Below are positions 40,705 to 52,942 of a stretch of 64,000 nucleotides of DNA, one piece after another. The DNA comes from an uncultured Solirubrobacteraceae bacterium (GTDB lineage: Bacteria > Actinomycetota > Thermoleophilia > Solirubrobacterales > Solirubrobacteraceae), in contig CAWJNZ010000006.1 of NCBI GenBank assembly GCA_963844405.1, positions 22,247-86,246 on the forward strand, read 5' to 3'. Each line of letters begins with the position of its first letter. Positions within the stretch are counted from its first letter, which is position 1. Position numbers and translations under genes: made by a program. A model generated the notes under the pieces. The model did not search any database. It had not been told where the DNA came from and saw only the letters and a program-made list of their open reading frames with translations.

Positions 40705-40985
40705 GTCCGCAGCTGGCCCTCGTCGGTCTCGCGGTAGGCCTCGGCGGCGGCCGCCAGGTTCTGCCCGGTGCGCCTCAGCACCTCGGCGCGGGCGGCGAGC
40801 TCGACCTCCCAGGCCGAGCCGAAGTCGGCGCCGGCGGCGGCGGCGCCCGGGTGGCCGGCGGCGTCGGCGATCGAGCTGCCGGCCGCGCGCAGGAGCCCCG
40901 CGGCTCCGCCGATCGTCGCGGCGGCCATGTCCTGATGCCCGCGTCCCGCCGCGAGCTCGTCCGTGTTCACCTCGAACCGTGGCAT
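40701..40985 (-). CDS. EspC/DUF2580-like small WXG-type helper protein
   Basis: ATG at 40985 with GGGAGG 5 nt upstream. 94 aa: MPRFEVNTDELAAGRGHQD...NLAAAAEAYRETDEG. 4-nt overlap with the toxin start. Confidence 0.7.
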   Translation of the reverse strand: MPRFEVNTDELAAGRGHQDMAAATIGGAAGLLRAAGSSIADAAGHPGAAAAGADFGSAWEVELAARAEVLRRTGQNLAAAAEAYRETDEGQLRT

Positions 40986-41031
40986 GCAGCCTCCCGACTG
41001 CTCAAGGTATCGCAGCGGGCGCCGGTTCGCG

Positions 41032-42207
41032 CTACGCGACCATGCCGGCGCCGACGGTGTCGTTCGTGGCCTCGTCGACCACGATGAACGCACCGGTGGC
41101 GCGGACCTGCTCGTACGGGTCGGGGACGAGCGGGGCGCCGAGGCGGAGCCGCACGCCGCCGATCTCGTTCAGCTCGAGCTGGTCGGCCGGCTCGTGCTGC
41201 AGCGTCGTCACGTCGAGCCGGTGCTCGATGGCGTCGAGCTTGGCCGGGACCGAGCGGGTGGTGTGCTTGATCAGGTAGCGCGCGCCCGGTCGCGCCGGCT
41301 CGTCCCCGAGCCAGCAGACGGTGGCGCTGAGCTCGCGGACGGGCTCGGGCGCCTCGGCGGGGCGGGCCAGGAGGTCGCCGCGGCCGACGTCGAGCTCGTC
41401 CTCGATCGCCACGGCCACCGAGCGGGGCGCCGCGGCCACCTCGCTGCCGTCCTCGAACGCGGCGACGCGCGTGCGCTGGCCGGAGGGCAGGACGACCAGC
41501 TCGTCGCCCACCCGCAGCGTCCCGGAGCCGAGGCGGCCGGCGTACCAGCGCACGCCGTCGGCGCGGATGACGTACTGGACGGGCAGGCGCGCCGGGCCGT
41601 CGGCCACGCCGTTGGCGGTCGGCACGGACTCGAGGTGCTCGAGCAGCGACTCGCCGGCGTACCACGGCATGGCGCTCGAGCGCTCGACCACGTTGTCGCC
41701 GTGCAGCGCGCTGACCGGGATGAACCCGACGCCGTGCAGCCCGAGCCGGGATGACCAGTCGAGCACCTCGCGGGCCACGGCGTCGAAGCGGTCCTCGGCG
41801 TAGCCGACGAGGTCCATCTTGTTGACCAGGACGGTGACGCTCGGCACGCCGAGCAGCGCCGCGATCGCCAGGTGGCGGCGCGACTGCTCGGTCATGCCGC
41901 GGCGGGCGTCGACCAGCACGAGCGCGAGGTCGGCGGTCGAGGCGCCGGTGGCCATGTTGCGCGTGTACTGGGCGTGGCCGGGGCAGTCGTGGAGGACGAA
42001 GCGGCGGCGCGGGGTGGCGAAGTGGCGGTAGGCGACGTCGATCGTGATGCCCTGCTCGCGCTCGGCGCGCAGGCCGTCGGTCAGCCGCGCGAGGTCGGCG
42101 GCGGTGCCGAGCTCGTCGGCCATGAGGGACTTGGAGTCGTGCAGGAGGCGGCCGATCAGCGTCGACTTGCCGTCGTCGACCGATCCCGCCGTGGCAACCC
42201 TGAGCAC
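41032..42207 (-). CDS. cysN: Sulfate adenylyltransferase subunit 1 (GTPase), no APS-kinase domain
   Basis: GSVDDGKSTLIGRLL (G1), DCPGHAQY (G3) and NKMD (G4). The GTG at 42207 overlaps the cysD stop by 1 nt. Confidence 0.9.
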   Translation of the reverse strand: MLRVATAGSVDDGKSTLIGRLLHDSKSLMADELGTAADLARLTDGLRAEREQGITIDVAYRHFATPRRRFVLHDCPGHAQYTRNMATGASTADLALVLVDARRGMTEQSRRHLAIAALLGVPSVTVLVNKMDLVGYAEDRFDAVAREVLDWSSRLGLHGVGFIPVSALHGDNVVERSSAMPWYAGESLLEHLESVPTANGVADGPARLPVQYVIRADGVRWYAGRLGSGTLRVGDELVVLPSGQRTRVAAFEDGSEVAAAPRSVAVAIEDELDVGRGDLLARPAEAPEPVRELSATVCWLGDEPARPGARYLIKHTTRSVPAKLDAIEHRLDVTTLQHEPADQLELNEIGGVRLRLGAPLVPDPYEQVRATGAFIVVDEATNDTVGAGMVA

Positions 42208-43073
42208 TAGAAGTACCCCACCCGTTTGCGATCTTCCATGGCGGCCTCGCTCACGCGGTCGTCGGCGCGGGTCTCGCCGCGCTCGGTGATCCGCGTGGCG
42301 GCGATCTCCGCGATCACGTCGTCGAGCTCGCGCGCCTCCGAGCGGACGGCGCCCGTGCACGTCATGTCGCCCACGGTGCGGTAGCGCACCGAGGCGGTGA
42401 ACGGCGCGTCGCCGTTGAGCGGCAGGAACGGCGAGACGGCGTAGACCATGCCGTCGCGCTCGAACACCTCGCGCTCGTGGGCGAAGTAGATCCCCGGCAG
42501 CTCGAGGTTCTCGGCGCGGATGTACTCCCACACGTCGAGCTCGGTCCAGTTGCTCAGCGGGAAGACGCGGACGTGCTCCCCGCGCCGCACGCGGCCGTTG
42601 TAGAGGTCCCACAGCTCCGGCCGCTGGCGGCGCGGGTCCCACTGCCCGAAGTCGTCGCGGAAGCTGAACACGCGCTCCTTCGCGCGGGCGCGCTCCTCGT
42701 CGCGGCGCGCCCCGCCGAACGCCGCGTCGAAGCCGTGCTCCTCGATCGCGTCGAGCAGCGTGGTGGTCTGCAGCTGGTTGCGCGACGGGGCGTCCGTGAC
42801 GCGGCCGCGGTCGATCGACTCCTGGACGCTCGCCACGAGCACGTCGGGCACGTGGCGGTCGCGGAACTCGATGACCTCCGGGAAGTTGTGCCCGGTGTCG
42901 ACGTGCATGACCGGGAACGGCAGCTCCCCCGGCCGGAACGCCTTGCGCGCGAGGTGCAGCAGGACGATCGAGTCCTTGCCGCCGGAGAACAGCAGGACGG
43001 GCTTCTCGAGCTCCGCCGCCACCTCGCGGATGACGTGGATCGCCTCGGCTTCGAGCTGGTCGCGGTGGTGCAT
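42207..43073 (-). CDS. cysD: Sulfate adenylyltransferase subunit 2
   Basis: LEAEAIHVIREVAAE...LLFSGGKDSIVLLHLARKAF...MHVDTGHNFPE. The ATG at 43073 forms a TGATG junction with the sirA stop. An alternative ATG lies at 43085. Confidence 0.9.
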   Translation of the reverse strand: MHHRDQLEAEAIHVIREVAAELEKPVLLFSGGKDSIVLLHLARKAFRPGELPFPVMHVDTGHNFPEVIEFRDRHVPDVLVASVQESIDRGRVTDAPSRNQLQTTTLLDAIEEHGFDAAFGGARRDEERARAKERVFSFRDDFGQWDPRRQRPELWDLYNGRVRRGEHVRVFPLSNWTELDVWEYIRAENLELPGIYFAHEREVFERDGMVYAVSPFLPLNGDAPFTASVRYRTVGDMTCTGAVRSEARELDDVIAEIAATRITERGETRADDRVSEAAMEDRKRVGYF

Positions 43074-44887
43074 CAGACCGCGCACTCACCCTCGCCACGC
43101 ATGACCTGGAACGGCTCCTTCTTGGTCCAGTCGATGAACTCGTTCATCGTGGCCAGGCCGAACTCGACCGGCATGGCGAGGTCGCGCACGGCGTCCTCGA
43201 ACTCCTTGGTGCCGACGCGGGCGACGAAGGCGTTGAAGCCCTCGCCCTCCTCGCGCTCGGCCTCGTACTTGCGGATCCAGCGCTCGACCGCGTCGGGGAC
43301 GCGCTTGGCCGGCAGGCGCACCTTCAGGCGCGTGCCGTAGATGATCTCGCCGCCTTCGTAGTTGCCGCCGATGTGGGCGACGTAGGCGGGGATCGTGTGC
43401 TGGCCGACCTTGATCGAGGCGCCGTAGAACCCGATGTTCCCGATGTGGTGCTGGCTGCAGCCATTGGGGCAGCCCGACATCTTGATGTGGATGCCGCGGG
43501 TCAGCGGGTCGGTGATGTCCATCGCCTCGATCCGCTCCTGCAGGGCGCGGTTGAGCCCCATCGAGCTAGTGATGCCCAGCTTGCAGCTGTCGGTGCCGGG
43601 GCAGGAGACGACGTCGTTGACCTGGTCGGCGCCGGCGGTGCCGAGGCCGAGGTCGGTGAGGCGGCGCCACACGTCGTAGACCGCCTCGTCGCGCACCCAG
43701 CGCAGCACGAGGTTCTGGTGGACGGTGGTGCGGGCGTAGCCGCCGGAGAACTCGCGCATGATCGCGGCGAGGCCGCGGAACTGCTCGGGCTCCAGGTCGC
43801 CGCGCTCGACCCGGATCTGGACGGCGCTGAAGCCCTTCTGGCGCTGCGGCTCGACGTTGGCCTCGCGGAAGCGCAGGAACTCTGAGGCATCGCCGTTCGG
43901 GGAGCCGTACGAATGCGGCTTCTCCGGCGCGTTGGCCTCCTCGTCGTGCAGGAAGAGCCGCGGCTGGGGATCGAAGTCGCGCTCGTCGACCCAGTCGCCC
44001 TCGAGCTCCTCCTCGACCAGCCTGCGCATCTCCTCGATGCCGACCTTGTCGACCATCACCTTCAGGCGCGCGCGGGCGCGGTTGGGGCGCAGCCAGTCCT
44101 GGCGGTCGTAGATGCGCAGGACGGCCTCGGTGTACTTGAGGTACTCGCCGTCGTCGGCTGTGACGAAATCTGTGAGTGTGGGGGCGACCCGCGGCATGAT
44201 CGACGTGCCGCCGCCGATCCGCATCTCGAAGCCCCTGACGCCGTCGCGCTCGCGGGCGATGAAGGCGACGTCGTGGATGCCGGTCAGCGCGCGATCGGTG
44301 TCGGAGCCGGTGAAGGCCGTCTTCACCTTGCGCGGCATGAGCTGGGTCGTGGGGTGGCGGACGAAGTACCGGACGTACGCGCCCACGTAGGGCGTGGGGT
44401 CGAACAGCTCGTCGTGGCAGACGCCGGCCCACGGGTCGGCCGTCACGTTGCGGACCGTGTTGCCGCAGCCCTCGCGGCTCGAGAGCCCGGCGTCGGAGAC
44501 CTCGCGGATCAGCGCGGCGGCGTGCCTGAGCGGGACGTGGTGGATCTGGACGTTCTGCCGCGTCGTGATGTGGCCCTTGTTGAGCGGCGCGTACTTCTCC
44601 ACGACGCTGGCGAACGTCTCCATCTGCTCCGGCGTGATGCCGCCGAACGGCAGCTTCACGCGGATCATCTGGACGTCGGGCTGGCGCTGGCCGTAGACGC
44701 CCTGCTTGAGCCGGAAGCCGATGAACTCGTTCTCGGGCGTGCCGCCCGCGAGGTACTTCTCGGCCTCGTTGTCGAAGTCGTCGAACTCGCGCTGGAGGAT
44801 CGGGATGATGTGGCCGGGGACGTCCTCCCGGACCTCAGGGTTCTCGAGCGACCCTGGGCGGCCGCCTGTAGCGGTCGTAGGCTCCAT
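43073..44887 (-). CDS. sirA: Ferredoxin-dependent sulfite (nitrite/sulfite) reductase
   Basis: 604 aa. Siroheme/4Fe-4S motifs CPGTDSCKLG and SGCPNGCSQHH. Confidence 0.9.
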   Translation of the reverse strand: MEPTTATGGRPGSLENPEVREDVPGHIIPILQREFDDFDNEAEKYLAGGTPENEFIGFRLKQGVYGQRQPDVQMIRVKLPFGGITPEQMETFASVVEKYAPLNKGHITTRQNVQIHHVPLRHAAALIREVSDAGLSSREGCGNTVRNVTADPWAGVCHDELFDPTPYVGAYVRYFVRHPTTQLMPRKVKTAFTGSDTDRALTGIHDVAFIARERDGVRGFEMRIGGGTSIMPRVAPTLTDFVTADDGEYLKYTEAVLRIYDRQDWLRPNRARARLKVMVDKVGIEEMRRLVEEELEGDWVDERDFDPQPRLFLHDEEANAPEKPHSYGSPNGDASEFLRFREANVEPQRQKGFSAVQIRVERGDLEPEQFRGLAAIMREFSGGYARTTVHQNLVLRWVRDEAVYDVWRRLTDLGLGTAGADQVNDVVSCPGTDSCKLGITSSMGLNRALQERIEAMDITDPLTRGIHIKMSGCPNGCSQHHIGNIGFYGASIKVGQHTIPAYVAHIGGNYEGGEIIYGTRLKVRLPAKRVPDAVERWIRKYEAEREEGEGFNAFVARVGTKEFEDAVRDLAMPVEFGLATMNEFIDWTKKEPFQVMRGEGECAV

Positions 44888-44934
44888 TCCAGGAATGTAC
44901 CGAAATCAGATCCGATTCCAAGTATTTGGATCTG

Positions 44935-45189
44935 TTAGGGCGCGCGGTCGATCGCCTCGCGCCGTGCCGCTTGCACCCAGGGGCTGAGTTTCGTCGTCTC
45001 TGTGGGCGCGGGCGGGGGTGCGGTGTCGCGCAGGAACTGCTCCACGGCCGCGATCACGGCCGCGGCCTCCTCGGGGGTGGCGCTCGAACCCTTGAGCTCG
45101 AGGCGGGGTCGGCGGTTGACCACGGCTCGGGACGATACCGGCCTGGTTTCGGCGCCGGCGAACGTCAACTTCGGCATTGAGAGAGGCAC
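44935..45189 (-). CDS. Small protein with acyl-CoA carboxylase epsilon-subunit-like motif
   Basis: RPRLELKGSSATPEEAAAVIAAVEQFL, then an Ala/Pro-rich stretch, then SPW...AARRE. This resembles AccE/PccE. The start is uncertain (several in-frame ATG/GTG). Confidence 0.4.
   Translation of the reverse strand: MPLSMPKLTFAGAETRPVSSRAVVNRRPRLELKGSSATPEEAAAVIAAVEQFLRDTAPPPAPTETTKLSPWVQAARREAIDRAP
45153..45170. repeat. 18-nt satellite copy of the 63.4-kb repeat motif
   Basis: cgccggcgaacgtcaact is identical to 63444..63461. Confidence 0.6.
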
Positions 45190-45439
45190 GGAGGGTGGCG
45201 GTTTCGCATCGTGGAAGCCGAGGCGCCGACGGTCTTACTCCGGAAACTGGCGGGTCGGCTAAGCGTCGCTATACGACGATAAACAACCCCACGGGTCGCG
45301 GGCGCCCCACTCGCGAGCGCCTGAGACGCCTCGCATTCCGCTTCGCGGAAATCAGCCCCGCCCAGCCAGCCAACCCCGCCTCCCTACAAGCAAGAAGTTC
45401 GTCCCGCCACGGCCCCCAACCATAGGATCCAAGAAACCC

Positions 45440-47008
<1,569 letters not shown>

Positions 47009-47017
47009 GGTGCGGCT

Positions 47018-47314
47018 GTGGCCCTCCACGCGACGACGATCCGGTTCGCGGACCGGGCATATACGACGATCGCTCGCGCAGCCGACTCGCAGGGGATCAG
47101 CGTCTCGCAATACGTCCGCGAGGCGGCTCTGATCCGCGTCGTGCTCGACGAGCTGGACTCCGCCGAGGACGCCCTGCACACCGGCCACGACCTGCTCGCC
47201 ATCGCCCGCGAGGTCCGCCGCCTTGCCGAAGTCGACCCGCCCGGGCCGCCGCGGGGAAACGCAGGCCGCCGGCGTTCCGCGCCAAGGCGCGACACCACGG
47301 ATCAGGACACCTAG
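47018..47314 (+). CDS. Ribbon-helix-helix (CopG-like) protein
   Basis: GTG at 47018, 9 nt after pccB. TTIRFADRAYTTIARAADSQGISVSQYVREAALIRV fits an RHH fold pattern. Confidence 0.6.
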   Translation: MALHATTIRFADRAYTTIARAADSQGISVSQYVREAALIRVVLDELDSAEDALHTGHDLLAIAREVRRLAEVDPPGPPRGNAGRRRSAPRRDTTDQDT

Positions 47315-47331
47315 AGGCGCGAGAGTCGCTG

Positions 47332-47682
47332 CTACGAGCGCTGAGCCTGGTCGTCGAGGAAGCGCTCGACGAGGCCGCGGATGACGACGGCCATCGAGAA
47401 GCCGTGATCCGTACACCAGGACCTCAATCGCTCGAGCTGGTCGGCCGGCAGGCGAACCGGTAGCACGGACGTCGGAGCCGATGACTTCAAGCTGGGGCTG
47501 ACCCAGCCCTCGAGCGAAAAAGCGGGCGGCATGGCTGCTTGGGCCGGCGTCGCGGCCGCGGGAGCGATGGCCGACCCGATCAGCGCGGAAAGCACCCGGC
47601 GGCGTTCTTCAGGAGTCAAGCTGTCGAGTGCCTTCAGCAGGAGATCCACGACGTCGCGGTGAGGCTCGGGAGGCGATGACAC
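47332..47682 (-). CDS. Protein with C-terminal ribbon-helix-helix motif
   Basis: GTG at 47682. VLPVRLPADQLERLRSWCTDHGFSMAVVIRGLVERFL near the C-terminus. Confidence 0.55.
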   Translation of the reverse strand: MSSPPEPHRDVVDLLLKALDSLTPEERRRVLSALIGSAIAPAAATPAQAAMPPAFSLEGWVSPSLKSSAPTSVLPVRLPADQLERLRSWCTDHGFSMAVVIRGLVERFLDDQAQRS

Positions 47683-47715
47683 AGCGATATCTCAACAGAT
47701 ATCGCTTGCGATATC
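47683..47715. promoter_or_regulatory. Perfect 10-bp inverted repeat plus third half-site (candidate RHH operator and leaderless promoter)
   Basis: AGCGATATCT-caac-AGATATCGCT at 47683..47706, starting 1 nt upstream of the GTG. An extra GCGATATC lies at 47708..47715. The minus strand reads TTGATA-N17-TGAGAT-6 nt-GTG. Confidence 0.5.
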
Positions 47716-48178
47716 AAGTCGCTCGGTCGGCGTAGATCACGCGCTCGAACGGCCAGCGTTCCGCCAGCCAACGCGACACAGCGGCGTGCAGCGGGGCGTC
47801 CAGCTCGGCGACATCCGCGCGCACCCAGGAGCGGACGTGCGCGCCGTGATCGCCGTCCTTCGCCGGGTAGATGTACACGCAGCCGATGACCTCCTCGGTT
47901 CCTGGCCGGAGCACGGTGAAGGTGAATCCCGTCCGCTCGACGAAGTCGCGCGCGTGCCCCTCCAGATCGCTCCGGTTCGCGTCGAGCGACATACCCTCGA
48001 CCGGGGGCCAGTCCATCGACTCGAAGCCCGGCGTCGCGCGGATGTGGGCGATGCTCGACGTCCACGCCGCGTGGTCCGACTCGTTGTGCTCAGCGCCGAG
48101 CGGCACGAGAACGAACTCGGGAAGCACCCTCTCCCTCGGCGGGTCGAAGTCGTCGGGTACGAAACGGGCGACGCTCAC
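47714..48178 (-). CDS. GNAT-family N-acetyltransferase
   Basis: 154 aa. FVLVPLGAEHNESDHAAW...VIGCVYIYP pattern of the Acetyltransf_3-like group. Confidence 0.75.
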   Translation of the reverse strand: MSVARFVPDDFDPPRERVLPEFVLVPLGAEHNESDHAAWTSSIAHIRATPGFESMDWPPVEGMSLDANRSDLEGHARDFVERTGFTFTVLRPGTEEVIGCVYIYPAKDGDHGAHVRSWVRADVAELDAPLHAAVSRWLAERWPFERVIYADRAT

Positions 48179-48190
48179 GGTCGCGCGAGG

Positions 48191-48946
48191 CTACCGGAGG
48201 TCCGCAGAGCGCACCGCGAACCCGGCGATCGCCGCCGCCCAGCGCTCCCCGGCCAGCGCCAGCACGTCGTTGTGGCCGACGCCGGGCAGCACCACGAGCT
48301 CCTTCTCGCAGCGGGCGGCCTCGTACAGCGCCTCGCCGTACATCAGCGGCACGAGCTCGTCGCGGTCGCCGTGCAGGCAGAGCAGCCGGCACCGGACCTC
48401 CGACACGAGCCGCAGGCTCGGGTAGGCGTCCGGGACCAGCCGGCGCGGCACGATCGGGTAGTGCAGGCGGGCCATGTCGCGGATGCTCGTGAACGTCGAC
48501 TGCAGGACGAGCCCGGCGGGCGGCGAGCGGAGAGCCAGATCCAGCGCGACGGCCCCGCCGAGCGACTCGCCGACGTAGATCACGCGCGCGGGGTCGACGC
48601 CCGGCTGCGCGAGCAGCGTCGCGAGCGCGGCCACGGCGTCGCGGTACGTGCCCTCCTCGTTCGGCCGCCCGCTGCTGCGGCCGTACCCGCGGTAGTCGAA
48701 GATCAGCACGTCGAGCCCGGCCGCCGCCAGCAGGTCCAGGTGCGGAGCGCGGTCGCCGATGTTGCCGCCGTTGCCGTGCAGGAACAGCACGTGGGCGACC
48801 GCCGGCCCGCTCCCGCGCACCCACCAGCCGTGCAGCCGCTCGCCGTCCGCGGTCGCGATCGCCACGTCCGAGTACGGCACGCGCGGCGTCGCCGCGATCG
48901 TGCGGCTCGGGAAGTAGAGCAGCGCATTGAGCAGCGGCGTCAGCAC
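48191..48946 (-). CDS. Alpha/beta hydrolase
   Basis: HGNGGN, GESLGG nucleophile elbow and C-terminal GHND. Confidence 0.85.
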   Translation of the reverse strand: MLTPLLNALLYFPSRTIAATPRVPYSDVAIATADGERLHGWWVRGSGPAVAHVLFLHGNGGNIGDRAPHLDLLAAAGLDVLIFDYRGYGRSSGRPNEEGTYRDAVAALATLLAQPGVDPARVIYVGESLGGAVALDLALRSPPAGLVLQSTFTSIRDMARLHYPIVPRRLVPDAYPSLRLVSEVRCRLLCLHGDRDELVPLMYGEALYEAARCEKELVVLPGVGHNDVLALAGERWAAAIAGFAVRSADLR

Positions 48947-49351
48947 TCAGCGCTCGTCGATGCTGCGCAGCACGGGCTTGACGTCGACGACCGGCGTGCC
49001 GTCGAGCGCCTCGAGCCCGCTGACCCGCAGCCGCAGCCCGTCGACCTCCAGGACCGTCACCCGGTGCAGGCCGATCGGATTCGGCCGGTCCGGCGAGCGC
49101 GTGCCGAAGACGCCCTGCTCCGGCCGGGCGAGGTCGCCGCGCGGACGCACCCGCAGCACGTCGCGCTCGGCCCGGTCGAGCCAGGTCAGCAGGATCAGCT
49201 CGTCCCCGGCCGCGATGCCCTCGAGCCCGACCGCCACCTGCGCCTCGAAGCGCACCCACGCCTCCGGCGCACCCTCGTCGCCCTGCTTGGGCGCTGCGGC
49301 CCGATCGGTCAGCGGGGACTCGACGGCCCCGATCGGCGTGAGCTCGATCAC
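48947..49351 (-). CDS. TsaA/TrmO-like SAM-dependent tRNA methyltransferase domain protein
   Basis: GTG at 49351. VIELTPIGAVESP...GVFGTRSPDRPNPIGLHRV...LDGTPVVDVKP. Confidence 0.85.
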   Translation of the reverse strand: MIELTPIGAVESPLTDRAAAPKQGDEGAPEAWVRFEAQVAVGLEGIAAGDELILLTWLDRAERDVLRVRPRGDLARPEQGVFGTRSPDRPNPIGLHRVTVLEVDGLRLRVSGLEALDGTPVVDVKPVLRSIDER

Positions 49352-49951
49352 GGGCGGTAGCCCGGGCAGCGCGGGAACCCGCGCGGGTCGACGAAGCCCA
49401 TCCTGCGGCGCTGCACGGTCAGGAGCATCGGGTTGGGGTCGACCCCGGCGCGCAGCAGGCGCGTGCCCGAGAACGCGAACCGCGCGACGAAGAACCCGGC
49501 GGGCGGGCGCCGCATGGCGACGCGCAGGTTGCGGGCGCCGAACTCGCCCCGGCCCACCACGGCCGCGCCGGCGACCGACCCGTCGGCCTGGACCGTGGCG
49601 CCGAGCGCGCAGCGGACATCGGCGGAGCCGCCCGGCGGCTGGTTCGCCGTGACGCCGACGAACGGATCGCCCGCGAGCGGCTTCACGCGGAAGGTCTGCG
49701 GTGTGCCGGTCACCGACGGGATCACCGGCGCCGCGACGCTGAACGTGCCCGCTGCTCGACGACCCGGAGAGGCAGTTCATGTCCGGCCCCACCGACACCG
49801 TCACCGTGTACGTCCCGACGCCCTCGAACTGCAGCTCCGGCCCGGCGGCCACGATGTCGCCGGCCGTCCCGTTCCGCCCGACGCAGAACGGCGTGGCGTT
49901 CGAGGGCTGGGTCGGCCGGCCGTCGGGCACGCCGTTGACGGTGAGCGCCAC
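49348..49951 (-). pseudogene. Hypothetical gene with one frameshift (about 49740) and unclear 5' end
   Basis: VALTVNGVPDGRPTQPSNATPFCVGRNGTAGDIVAAGPELQFEGVGTYTVTVSVGPD in one frame. PVIPSVTGTPQTFRVKPLAGDPFVGVTANQPPGG...LLTVQRRRMGF in ORF 49348..49725. No signal peptide or clear start. Confidence 0.3.
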
Positions 49952-50041
49952 GCGCTGGAAGCCCGACGCCTCGAGCCGGTAACCGACCTCATAGCCGCCG
50001 AGACGACTCTCACGTGCGAAGGCTATCCGCGCTAGGGTCGT

Positions 50042-52925
<2,884 letters not shown>

Positions 52926-52942
<17 letters not shown>

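Noticed and set aside
45190-45439. Riboswitch, sRNA or tRNA in the AT-richer divergent region upstream of pccB
   Set aside because: No cloverleaf and no match to any riboswitch consensus I can recall. It is most simply a shared divergent promoter region.
47018-47314. ORF right after pccB as the carboxylase epsilon subunit
   Set aside because: The sequence fits a ribbon-helix-helix DNA-binding pattern and lacks the xELAAL / S-W motif of AccE. A better AccE-like candidate is at 44935..45189.
47332-48178. GNAT + RHH pair as a TacT/TacA-type toxin-antitoxin module
   Set aside because: The gene order is reversed and the genes are separated by a promoter-like island. The RHH motif is C-terminal rather than N-terminal. 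The GNAT looks like the common Acetyltransf_3-type enzyme. It is kept only as a low-interest open question.
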